From NCBI GenBank assembly GCA_041562555.1, contig JBFEXS010000047.1, forward strand, positions 1-16,199: a stretch of DNA of 16,199 bases, given 5' to 3'. Shown here piece after piece: positions 1 to 7,863 of the stretch (its first letter is position 1; each line of letters begins with the position of its first letter). The DNA is from Sulfurimonadaceae bacterium. GTDB lineage: Bacteria > Campylobacterota > Campylobacteria > Campylobacterales > Sulfurimonadaceae. The translations under genes were made by a program, and so were the position numbers. The notes beneath the pieces are model-generated. The model was not told the origin of the DNA. It saw only the letters and a list, made by a program, of their open reading frames with translations, and made no database searches.

Positions 1-168
1 GATATACTTTGGGTATCTAATATGCTTGGGCATTCGAACCCATCTATGACATTGAGTAAATATGCTAAATATGTTAAACGTAAAGAGAAAAAGAGAGCTC
101 AATTTTTGTCAAAAGAACTGTCACCAAAAGACACCGAATTGACACCGAGTGATTTAAAAGTTGCTTGA
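1..168 (+). CDS. Tyrosine recombinase/integrase, C-terminal fragment (5' truncated by window edge)
   Basis: Frame 1 translates to DILWVSNMLGHSNPSMTLSKYAKYVKRKEKKRAQFLSKELSPKDTELTPSDLKVA*, carrying the LGH...T..Y box II signature (catalytic His and Tyr) of tyrosine recombinases; stop TGA at 166-168; ends 31 bp from a tRNA 3' end. Not in the supplied ORF track. Confidence 0.9.
   Translation, partial: DILWVSNMLGHSNPSMTLSKYAKYVKRKEKKRAQFLSKELSPKDTELTPSDLKVA
120..150 (+). repeat. Three phased direct repeats G(T/A)CACC(A/G)A, candidate integrase arm-type sites
   Basis: GTCACCAA at 120, GACACCGA at 130, GACACCGA at 141; 10-11 bp spacing, 50-80 bp from the tRNA 3' end. Confidence 0.55.
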
Positions 169-199
169 TAAGTCTTAGTTTAGGGGTTTAAGTTTAAAG

Positions 200-274
200 T
201 GGCTCCGGATACTGGATTCGAACCAGTGACCAAGTGATTAACAGTCACCTACTCTACCGCTGAGCTAATCCGGA
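200..274 (-). tRNA. tRNA-Asn (GTT)
   Basis: Reverse complement TCCGGATTAGCTCAGCGGTAGAGTAGGTGACTGTTAATCACTTGGTCACTGGTTCGAATCCAGTATCCGGAGCCA: 75 nt, acceptor stem TCCGGAT/ATCCGGA, D arm, anticodon loop CT-GTT-AA, T arm GGTTCGAATCC, encoded CCA. Confidence 0.98.
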
Positions 275-305
275 ATGTGTGTAGATCTTAATACTTCTAT
301 TAAGA

Positions 306-334
306 GGCCGAAATTATAGGTAAGTTTGGCTTAA
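306..334 (-). promoter_or_regulatory. sigma70-type promoter for tRNA-Asn
   Basis: Perfect TATAAT at 313-318 (minus) followed by a GC-containing discriminator-like TTCGGCC, with TTAAG upstream (330-334). Confidence 0.65.
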
Positions 335-355
335 TTTTCGATTAGACTGTGGAGA

Positions 356-1294
356 TTATTTGTGACGCTTACGATTCATATTGTTTGAGGGAATGTAAAA
401 GTCTATTCCTGAGATAGTTTTCGTTCCGATCAATCCGGTGTCTATAAGTTTGTTCAGCCGCTCAATGGAGTCTTGATCAAAGAGCAGGCTTACGTCATCA
501 TGGGTCAACGGACGTTTATCCAGAGTGTTGATAATCTCTGCCTCATCATAGGAAGAGGGCTCTGAATGTACCTCTTTGCGTGAAGCGATGTGGATAGGAA
601 GTTCTTTGGAAAAGGTCTGTGATATCTCTAGTAGCCTTTCATAGCTGATACCTTCGATAGGGTAGGCAGGTGGTCTGTCAATGGTTCCCAAATCAATGCG
701 TTCACAGTCGAGCTTCTGCAATACCTGATCAAGTGCAGAAATCTCTTCCGGGGTGTCATTGAGTCCCTTTACAAAGAGTATCTCAATAAAGAGTCGTCCT
801 TTAAATGCCTTGGAAAAGGAGATGACACTTTCCACGAGTCTATTCAGGTCAATACCTTCATGGGGTCTGTCGATCTTTCTAAAGACTTCCGGAGTTACCG
901 CGTCCAGGGAGAGTTTGACCTGATCAAGTTGCAGAAGACTCTCATAAGTCTTTGGCTCACTCAGTGTCGCGGAATTGGTAAGAATAAGAGTCTCTTTGGT
1001 ACCTTTGATCTGATCGATCTTTGTGATGAGTTCATCCAGGTGGGGATAGAGGCTCGGTTCACCATTGGCGGTAAGGGTTATCACTTCGGTATTGGGATGC
1101 TCCTTAAGTGCGTGAGAAAGCTCAGAGACAATATCCTCCGGATCAGCGACATCTGCATAGCTGTCAACTGTAGCCGATGGGGCCAACTCACAATAGAGGC
1201 AGTCAAAATTACACTGTTTTTTACCGGGAGAGAGATCAATACCCAATGAAGTGCCAAAACGGCGTGATGCTACAGGACCAAATATAAATTTCAT
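356..1294 (-). CDS. Radical SAM protein (COG0731 / TYW1-related bacterial family), function unknown
   Basis: CNFDCLYC (CxxxCxxC), NGEP motif, N-terminal FGPVxSRRFGxSLG(I/V)DL typical of this family; 312 aa. Confidence 0.88.
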   Translation of the reverse strand: MKFIFGPVASRRFGTSLGIDLSPGKKQCNFDCLYCELAPSATVDSYADVADPEDIVSELSHALKEHPNTEVITLTANGEPSLYPHLDELITKIDQIKGTKETLILTNSATLSEPKTYESLLQLDQVKLSLDAVTPEVFRKIDRPHEGIDLNRLVESVISFSKAFKGRLFIEILFVKGLNDTPEEISALDQVLQKLDCERIDLGTIDRPPAYPIEGISYERLLEISQTFSKELPIHIASRKEVHSEPSSYDEAEIINTLDKRPLTHDDVSLLFDQDSIERLNKLIDTGLIGTKTISGIDFYIPSNNMNRKRHK

Positions 1295-1329
1295 GTCACA
1301 TGGTAGCCAATGATTATTTAAAGTGACGT

Positions 1330-2331
1330 TTACTCACTGAATTTTTCGATGCGTGAAGATGTTATCGGATGGGAAGAAAAATATTCACCTGAACTCTCTT
1401 CATCTTCACCCATGGACAGACGGCTCATGATGTCGGCAAAATGGTGCAGGGGTATCTTTTGTTCTTTCATCACTTCCATGGCAAAGTCATCTGCCTCACT
1501 TTCAAGGTTTCTGGAAAAAGAGCTCTCTATGAGCATCGTAGGCAGAGTGGAGATGACGGAAGAGGCAGTGGTGGCATCTCCTGTCAGAGTGGTCAGTACT
1601 ACAAGAAGCGCGGAATTCTGCAGTACCATACGGATGGCATGGCGGTTTTTGATATGCCCGATCTCATGGGCGAGGATCGAGAGCAGTTCCAGGTTGTTTT
1701 CCGAGAGCAAGACCAGCTGATCGGTCATCACAATGGTCCCATCCGGCAGGGCGAAAGCATTGGCTCCGACCTTGTCTGCAAAACGAAACTGAAGCTGCAG
1801 GGGAGGAAGTGCTTGCAGATGGCGTGCCATCGCATTAAAGTCATCTCGGATCTCGTTTTGTTTCGCCTGGGAGAGTTTGGAAGGTTTTAGTATGACCTTG
1901 TCCAATGTCTCCAGGGTACCTGTACCAATCTTGGAGGCGATGGACTGGGGAATAGCATAGGCGATCTTTTCAGATCCATAAGGCAGAAGGTATTTTAAAA
2001 AGATAAAAACGATGCTGGCAGTGACCAGCAGTGCAGGAAGGATAAACAGAGATCTGGACTCCAAGGTATGGATCAGTCGATTTCCTTTATGGGAGTTTTG
2101 CTCTTTTAAGAGGGCGTCAATAGTATCATTGTCTTCGCTTTCACAGACCCTTCCATCGGGTAGATAAAGAGAACGGGGCATATGACCAAGACGGTCTGAA
2201 AATCGGATCTTATTGATAGGGCAGTGATATGTCTCATCATCCCTATGGAGATAGAACTCCTGATCCTTGAATTCAATGTTTACTTCTTCGAAATCAGAGC
2301 TTTGCGTATCGAACAGACGGGCTTTGATCAT
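1330..2331 (-). CDS. M48 family zinc metallopeptidase with N-terminal soluble domain and one TM helix
   Basis: NAFALPDG, HEIGH (HExxH), ExEAD and C-terminal SSHP motifs; TM segment around residues 93-116; start overlaps the upstream stop (TAATG at 2329-2333). Confidence 0.9.
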   Translation of the reverse strand: MIKARLFDTQSSDFEEVNIEFKDQEFYLHRDDETYHCPINKIRFSDRLGHMPRSLYLPDGRVCESEDNDTIDALLKEQNSHKGNRLIHTLESRSLFILPALLVTASIVFIFLKYLLPYGSEKIAYAIPQSIASKIGTGTLETLDKVILKPSKLSQAKQNEIRDDFNAMARHLQALPPLQLQFRFADKVGANAFALPDGTIVMTDQLVLLSENNLELLSILAHEIGHIKNRHAIRMVLQNSALLVVLTTLTGDATTASSVISTLPTMLIESSFSRNLESEADDFAMEVMKEQKIPLHHFADIMSRLSMGEDEESSGEYFSSHPITSSRIEKFSE

Positions 2332-3434
2332 TAGAAACCAATGTCGATATCAAGGAAGTCGCTGAACTCTTCACCCAGGACATTGGCTTTTTCCTCTTCA
2401 TTGGAGATGAAACTGCCTAGATCATCGCTGAAAAGAGTGATACACGAGAGTTTATAGGAGACCGCGCGTACTTTGGCCCATGGGATAAAGAGGCCAAAGG
2501 TGATCGAAATCAATACCAGATTGCTGACATAGATCCAGAGTAAATGAAAAAAACTGATGTGGGAACTAAAGGTGATATGCTCCAGTTCAAGGTTATTGAA
2601 AAGATAGTTGGTCAAACGGGCATTCACAAAGGTACTGAAGAGAAGGATATTGATCAGAAGAAAAGCGTAGATACCCGCTACTATCATATAAGTCTGCATC
2701 TCTTGATTTGGCTGATCGGCGTACAAAGAGCTTGTATTGTTCTCCATGCTCTGCTTGAGCCCCTCTAAAAACCCCTCTTTGAACTGAGTCATGGTCGTCG
2801 CATCGACAAGGTTGAAGGTGTTTAGGATCAGTGTATACAGGGCAACCAGCAGAAAAAAGCCCAAGAAGTAGGTCAGGAAGAATTGACCGCTGCTTCCTTT
2901 GAATGAGAAGCGGGCATTTCCATACTTGGTGTGATTGGAAAGGTACTGTTTTTGTTTATATATCGCATATGGATAGGCAAGGCCCAGAGTAAAGATAGAG
3001 GCGATAGGCAGTACGATGAAATGAAAAAAGATATAGAGATATTCACCGACAAAATCAAAACGGATCTGCCTATGGGAAGAGTATTGCATATTGAACTTTG
3101 TCGCACGCATGATCAAAAAAGGTATCCCGAAAAAAAACAGCATAGAGAACAGAGGGGATATCAAGGGAATAAAGGTGATGACGAGATTATACAAAAGAAA
3201 AATGGCGACGACGATAACACGACCTTTTAAAATCTGCATAGGTTGGGCGTGGTAGTCGAAGGCACTTCCCGCTAAGGAGGTATGCCCGTAAAAATAGCGC
3301 TTGTTACGTACCTTGGCCCAGGCGGAATAGATTCCCAGGGTCAATATACTCAGCATGATATTGACAAAATAGATCTTGAAATATTCCCAGCCATTCCCCG
3401 TAAAGATGATCGGATGTGCCTGTTTTTGTGCCAT
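2331..3434 (-). CDS. yjgN: YjgN/DUF898 family inner membrane protein
   Basis: FTGxGxEYFKI..VN..LS(I)LTLGIYSAWAKVR..RYFY N-terminus, internal TLGL/TFGL..PW repeats and acidic LGEE...D.DIGF C-terminus; this family is commonly paired with an M48 peptidase. Confidence 0.88.
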   Translation of the reverse strand: MAQKQAHPIIFTGNGWEYFKIYFVNIMLSILTLGIYSAWAKVRNKRYFYGHTSLAGSAFDYHAQPMQILKGRVIVVAIFLLYNLVITFIPLISPLFSMLFFFGIPFLIMRATKFNMQYSSHRQIRFDFVGEYLYIFFHFIVLPIASIFTLGLAYPYAIYKQKQYLSNHTKYGNARFSFKGSSGQFFLTYFLGFFLLVALYTLILNTFNLVDATTMTQFKEGFLEGLKQSMENNTSSLYADQPNQEMQTYMIVAGIYAFLLINILLFSTFVNARLTNYLFNNLELEHITFSSHISFFHLLWIYVSNLVLISITFGLFIPWAKVRAVSYKLSCITLFSDDLGSFISNEEEKANVLGEEFSDFLDIDIGF

Positions 3435-3506
3435 TGTTCTCCCTTATAACGATCTCATATTGTAAAAGGTTTTTCTTATATTTCAGCTTATCTGGAGAGG
3501 AAGTCA

Positions 3507-3533
3507 TTTGAAAGGCCTTGCAGGTCTCTCAAA
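3507..3533 (-). terminator. Stem-loop just downstream of hemE (terminator or 3' stabiliser)
   Basis: Minus strand TTTGAGAGACCT-GCA-AGGCCTTTCAAA, 11 of 12 pairs including one G-U; no good U-tract. Confidence 0.45.
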
Positions 3534-3541
3534 GGGTAAGG

Positions 3542-4582
3542 CTATTTTTTAGAGATGCGTTGACACTCTCGTACAAAATGTTTTGCATTTTCAACAGGGA
3601 CATCCGGAAGGATACCGTGTCCAAGGTTGAAGATATGACGGGAAGTTCCCATCACTTTCTGGATTGCTTCTACCGCCTGAGTTGTCTGCTCTTGAGAATA
3701 GAGTCTACATGGCTCCATATTCCCTTGAAGAACATATTTGTCACCAAGGTACTCTTTCGCAAGTTCCATAGGTGTTCCCCAATCGATGCCCATGACATCG
3801 AAATTCCCGTATACCTTTCCGCTGGCAATAAATGAAGCTACGCCCTTAGGGAACATGATGATAGGGATATGCGGGTATTTTTCTTTGAGATACTCGGCGA
3901 TCTCGACCATATATTTCCATGAGAACTCGTCATAGTTCTGAGGTTCGATCGCTGCCGCCCATGAATCAAAAATCTGAACGACATCTACACCTGCTTGAAT
4001 CTGTTTTTCCATGTAGAGTTTGACGACCTCTGTCACCTTAGCAAGGATCTTGTGTAAAAGCTTTGGATTTGAGTACATCATCTTCTTACAGATATTGTAA
4101 GTCTTTGTCCCTTGCCCTTCGATCATATAGGTCGCCAGTGTCCAAGGTGCTCCGGTAAAACCGATAAGCGCCTTGTCCTCGGCAAGTTCTTCTTTAATGA
4201 GCTTGATAGTGTCGTATACATAGGTAAGCTTGTCGGCGGCTTCTTCACCGCCGATCAGTCTGTCAATATCCGCTTCGCAGGTGATCGGGTCAGAAAACTT
4301 TGGCCCTTCGCCTTTGACAAAAGAGAGATCCATACCCATCTCGTCAGGGATGACAAGGATATCCGAAAACAGGATTGCTGCATCAACACCTACAATGTCG
4401 ATAGGCTGAAGTGTCACTTCACAGGCTTTCTTAGGATCGTGACAGAGGTTCAAGAAGTTACCCGCTTCGGCACGAACGGCCATATATTCAGGAAGGTAAC
4501 GACCGGCTTGACGCATCATCCATACCGGAGTGTATGGGGTTTCTTTGCCTAAACAGGCATCTACGAATATTTTATTGGACAT
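3542..4582 (-). CDS. hemE: Uroporphyrinogen decarboxylase
   Basis: [15 protein letters not shown] signature, [24 protein letters not shown]; 346 aa. Confidence 0.98.
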   Translation of the reverse strand: MSNKIFVDACLGKETPYTPVWMMRQAGRYLPEYMAVRAEAGNFLNLCHDPKKACEVTLQPIDIVGVDAAILFSDILVIPDEMGMDLSFVKGEGPKFSDPITCEADIDRLIGGEEAADKLTYVYDTIKLIKEELAEDKALIGFTGAPWTLATYMIEGQGTKTYNICKKMMYSNPKLLHKILAKVTEVVKLYMEKQIQAGVDVVQIFDSWAAAIEPQNYDEFSWKYMVEIAEYLKEKYPHIPIIMFPKGVASFIASGKVYGNFDVMGIDWGTPMELAKEYLGDKYVLQGNMEPCRLYSQEQTTQAVEAIQKVMGTSRHIFNLGHGILPDVPVENAKHFVRECQRISKK

Positions 4583-5095
4583 TTAGTGATGGTCTCCCTT
4601 GTGTAAGAAATAGAGTGCAACGGCGAGAAGCAAGATAGACCCTGAGAAATAAAGCATTTCCAAGGCACCTGTGTATTTAGTATGTAAAACACGCTGGAAG
4701 AAACTGACTACCAATACCATAACGATGACTTTGGCGATCTTGTCTTTTAATTGATCCAATGACTGGATCTTCAAGACATTGCTGGAGGCTTCGTCACCTT
4801 CTGCTGCTTCGATCTTTGAGATAAACAGCTCATAGACCCCAAGACTAAAGATCAGTAGGACGATGGCGATCAAGAAAAGGTCAATAGCACCGATGATAGC
4901 GGAAACGACATCTTCATGCAGGTGTTTAGGATGCACATGGTTGACAACAAGGTCCCACACCATGACAAGTACACCCCAGATGTCGATACTTGCGACAATA
5001 AACAGGATGACAGCGCCAAGCATACTGAACACTACGGCAAGAATCGTAAAAAGGCGACTGTTCCAAAGGGTCTTTTCAAAAATTCTTTCCAACAT
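4583..5095 (-). CDS. YqhA / UPF0114 family membrane protein
   Basis: Four hydrophobic helices, DLFL...LLIF..G.YELFISKI and I.SLDQLK.K.AKVI motifs; coupled to asd (TAATG) and abutting hemE. Confidence 0.85.
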   Translation of the reverse strand: MLERIFEKTLWNSRLFTILAVVFSMLGAVILFIVASIDIWGVLVMVWDLVVNHVHPKHLHEDVVSAIIGAIDLFLIAIVLLIFSLGVYELFISKIEAAEGDEASSNVLKIQSLDQLKDKIAKVIVMVLVVSFFQRVLHTKYTGALEMLYFSGSILLLAVALYFLHKGDHH

Positions 5096-6126
5096 TATTT
5101 AGACTCCTGCATCTCTACCCATTTTTGTGCAATTCGGATGGCATTTGTAGCTGCTCCTACGCGCAGGTTGTCTGCCACGATAAACATATTAAGTACATTC
5201 TTGCGATAGATGTCATTACGGATACGTCCTACAAAGGTCTCATCCTGGTCAACACAGCTTGCCGGCATCGGATAGGCACTTGTAGCAGGGTCATCGACGA
5301 CCACAACATTAGGTGCTTTGGCAAGGATCTCTCTTGCTTCGGCAGCATCGACATCGGCATCGAAGGTAAGTGTCAATGATTCTGCATGCCCTCTAAGCGT
5401 CGGTACACGAACACAGGTCGCGCATACTTCGACTTGCTTACCTAGGATCTTAACGGTCTCGTTGACCATCTTCATCTCTTCTTTGGTATAGCCATTTTCC
5501 ATAAACACATCGATCTGCGGGATGACATTCAATGCGATCTGGTGAGGAAAAGCTTTGTGCTCAGCCTCATCAAGTTTAAAGGCAAAGAAGTCCTGCATTT
5601 GGGAAACAAGTTCTTCCATTGCTTCTTTTCCGCCGCCTGATGTCGCCTGATAGGTAGATACATCAACACGTTTAAGGTCATAAGCCTCATCAAGAGGTTT
5701 AAGTACCTGTACCATTTGAATAGTCGAGCAGTTGGGATTTGCGATGATCCCTGTCGTACTCCACTCATTGATCTCATGGGGATTGACTTCGGGTACAACC
5801 AAAGGTACATCCTCATCCATTCTGAAATGACTGGTGTTGTCAATGACTACGGCACCTGCTTCAGCGGCAAAAGGGGCAAACTTCTCAGAGATCGAACCAC
5901 CTGCTGAGAAGAGTGCGATCTCGATCTCTTCTTCTTTGAAGATTGTCTCAGTCAGCTCTTGGATGACAAGTTGGTTGCCATTAAAGTCAATGGTGTTTCC
6001 GGCAGAACGCTCGCTCGCTAGGGGAACCAGTTTGTTGTATGGGAAATCGATCTCCTCAAAGATACGAAAAATTTCTTCGCCGACAGCTCCACTTGCACCG
6101 ACGACGGCTACATTATATTTTTTCAA
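5095..6126 (-). CDS. asd: Aspartate-semialdehyde dehydrogenase
   Basis: GASGAVG Rossmann motif, IIANPNCST catalytic Cys, CVRVP..GH, DNLRVGAATN; TTG start with AAAGGA RBS in the end of the upstream gene. Confidence 0.97.
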   Translation of the reverse strand: MKKYNVAVVGASGAVGEEIFRIFEEIDFPYNKLVPLASERSAGNTIDFNGNQLVIQELTETIFKEEEIEIALFSAGGSISEKFAPFAAEAGAVVIDNTSHFRMDEDVPLVVPEVNPHEINEWSTTGIIANPNCSTIQMVQVLKPLDEAYDLKRVDVSTYQATSGGGKEAMEELVSQMQDFFAFKLDEAEHKAFPHQIALNVIPQIDVFMENGYTKEEMKMVNETVKILGKQVEVCATCVRVPTLRGHAESLTLTFDADVDAAEAREILAKAPNVVVVDDPATSAYPMPASCVDQDETFVGRIRNDIYRKNVLNMFIVADNLRVGAATNAIRIAQKWVEMQESK

Positions 6127-6129
6127 TCT

Positions 6130-7431
6130 TTATCCTTTCAAATTGTATGTTTGTATTTTTTTTTCTAAGATTGCGGTTGTCATACCGAGCATCTTTGCAC
6201 TCTCGTTAAGATCCATATCACAAGAGTTGAGCACCTCTTCGATCAGTTCCTTTTCCATATCGGTGATGGACTTCTGCTTTTGACGGCTGTCCAAGAAGAG
6301 CTCATCGGGTGTGATGGTATCGCTCTCACTCAGGATCGTCGCCCGCTCGACAACGGAGACAAGCTCACGGATATTCCCCGGCCAGTTATAGTCGTTCAAT
6401 GCCTCCTGGGCTGCATCACTGAAGCTTTTTTGCTCAAATCCGTATTTCTCACAGTTGTCTGAGAGTACCTTGGTCGCAATATCCAGGATCTCCTCTTTTC
6501 GTTGACGCAAAGGAGGAATAGCTACAGGTATGGTGTTCAGACGATAATAAAGGTCTTCTCTAAACTCACCTTCATCGATGTGTTTATGTAGATCAGCATT
6601 GGTCGCTGATACGATTCGAACGTCGATCTTGATAGGCTTTTGTGAACCTAAGCGCTGTACTTCTCTCTCCTGCAGCACGCGCAGAAGTTTTGCCTGAACC
6701 CCATAAGGCATCTCACCGATCTCATCCAAGAAAATGGTTCCCCCGTTTGCAAGTTCGAACTGTCCCGGCTTGGTAGCGATAGCATCGGTAAAGGCTCCCT
6801 TCTCAAATCCAAAGAGTTCACTCTCGATGAGATTATCGGGAATAGCTGCCATGTTGATAGCTACAAAAGGTTTTTTACTTCGGGGAGAGCTCTCGTGAAT
6901 GAAGGTAGCAAACACCTCTTTACCGACACCGCTTTCTCCCGTCAGCAAGATCGAAGCATCCGTTTTGGCTGCTTTTTCGGCAATATTGACGGCTTTTTCC
7001 AAAGCAGGCGATGATGCTGCAAAAGAGGAGGTGGAACACTGCTTTTTTTTCTTCTTTGAAGTCGGTGCTTTTTTAACGACTTCCTGTACTTTATGAGAAC
7101 GTTTGATAGCCTCGACAAGGGTTTCTATCTCAAAGGGCTTGAGTAAAAAGTCTTTGACTCCCAGTTGGATGGAATCGATCGCCTTTTGTAAGGTCGCATT
7201 TCCTGTCATGATGATGACTTCATATTTTCCGTCAAGTTCTTTGACAAATTCTATCCCGTCCATGCCGGGCATATTGATATCGGTTACCACAAGTTCAAAA
7301 CTCTCATCCAGCTTTGGCAGAGCATCTTTGGCAGATTTAAACGAGACGATTTCAAATTCGTCATAATCACCCATAGCAATTTCAAGGGATTTACGCATAT
7401 TGATGTCGTCTTCGACGATGGCGATCTTCAT
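6130..7431 (-). CDS. flgR: NtrC-family sigma54-dependent response regulator, FlgR orthologue
   Basis: Receiver (EDD, D51 in TDINMPG, KPF), AAA+ Walker A GESGVGKE, GAFTDA loop, Walker B FLDEIGE, WPGNIREL, degenerate Fis-like C-terminus; the gyrA-flgP-flgQ-flgR-asd order matches Campylobacter jejuni. Confidence 0.85.
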   Translation of the reverse strand: MKIAIVEDDINMRKSLEIAMGDYDEFEIVSFKSAKDALPKLDESFELVVTDINMPGMDGIEFVKELDGKYEVIIMTGNATLQKAIDSIQLGVKDFLLKPFEIETLVEAIKRSHKVQEVVKKAPTSKKKKKQCSTSSFAASSPALEKAVNIAEKAAKTDASILLTGESGVGKEVFATFIHESSPRSKKPFVAINMAAIPDNLIESELFGFEKGAFTDAIATKPGQFELANGGTIFLDEIGEMPYGVQAKLLRVLQEREVQRLGSQKPIKIDVRIVSATNADLHKHIDEGEFREDLYYRLNTIPVAIPPLRQRKEEILDIATKVLSDNCEKYGFEQKSFSDAAQEALNDYNWPGNIRELVSVVERATILSESDTITPDELFLDSRQKQKSITDMEKELIEEVLNSCDMDLNESAKMLGMTTAILEKKIQTYNLKG

Positions 7432-7470
7432 ATGACTCCTTTGCTATAGATTGGGCGTTTCGTATATATA

Positions 7471-7863
7471 TTATTGTTGTATTAATCGCGTGATTATAGC
7501 GTAGTCATTTTTAAAGTCGACTGTTATATAGCTGGGAGGAATGGTGATAGAGATAAGTGAACTGGATTGCTTGTTTTGTACCTTTTCATGGCTTCGTGTA
7601 TGCAGACCATGTTTCATCATAAAATCAATGATGGTGTCTTTATTGTTTAGGAGGATTTTTTGTACCTCTTCTTCTTTGTCTGTAGAAATATTCAAACTCT
7701 CTCCGGGTATAGCGTGAATAGATTTCATTGTAGGTGTGATATGGAAGGACTCAGAGATGACTACCGCGTTCTTGATTTGAGCACGGTAGCTCAAGATGAA
7801 GGTTTCAGAGGCATTTAGCCAAGTGCCCAAAAGAATTAACGCGAGGCTAAGATTGATCGCCAT
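7471..7863 (-). CDS. flgQ: Small exported protein, probable FlgQ homologue
   Basis: Signal peptide MAINLSLALILLGTWLNA|SE; sits between flgP-like and flgR, overlapping the flgP-like 3' end by 28 bp. The name rests on synteny. Confidence 0.6.
   Translation of the reverse strand: MAINLSLALILLGTWLNASETFILSYRAQIKNAVVISESFHITPTMKSIHAIPGESLNISTDKEEEVQKILLNNKDTIIDFMMKHGLHTRSHEKVQNKQSSSLISITIPPSYITVDFKNDYAIITRLIQQ
7493..7516 (-). promoter_or_regulatory. Internal sigma70-type promoter for flgR inside the flgQ 3' end
   Basis: Minus strand CTTTAAAAATGACTACGC-TATAAT, -10 at 7493-7498, about 60 nt upstream of the flgR ATG, which has an AAAGGAG RBS. Confidence 0.55.

Larger units (their letters stand above)
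1..199. mobile_element. Right boundary of an integrative element (prophage/genomic island) inserted at the tRNA-Asn 3' end
   Basis: Integrase gene end directly abutting the tRNA CCA end; visibly AT-rich; no terminator hairpin seen after the tRNA. The other att copy is outside the window, so the extent is unknown. Confidence 0.75.
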
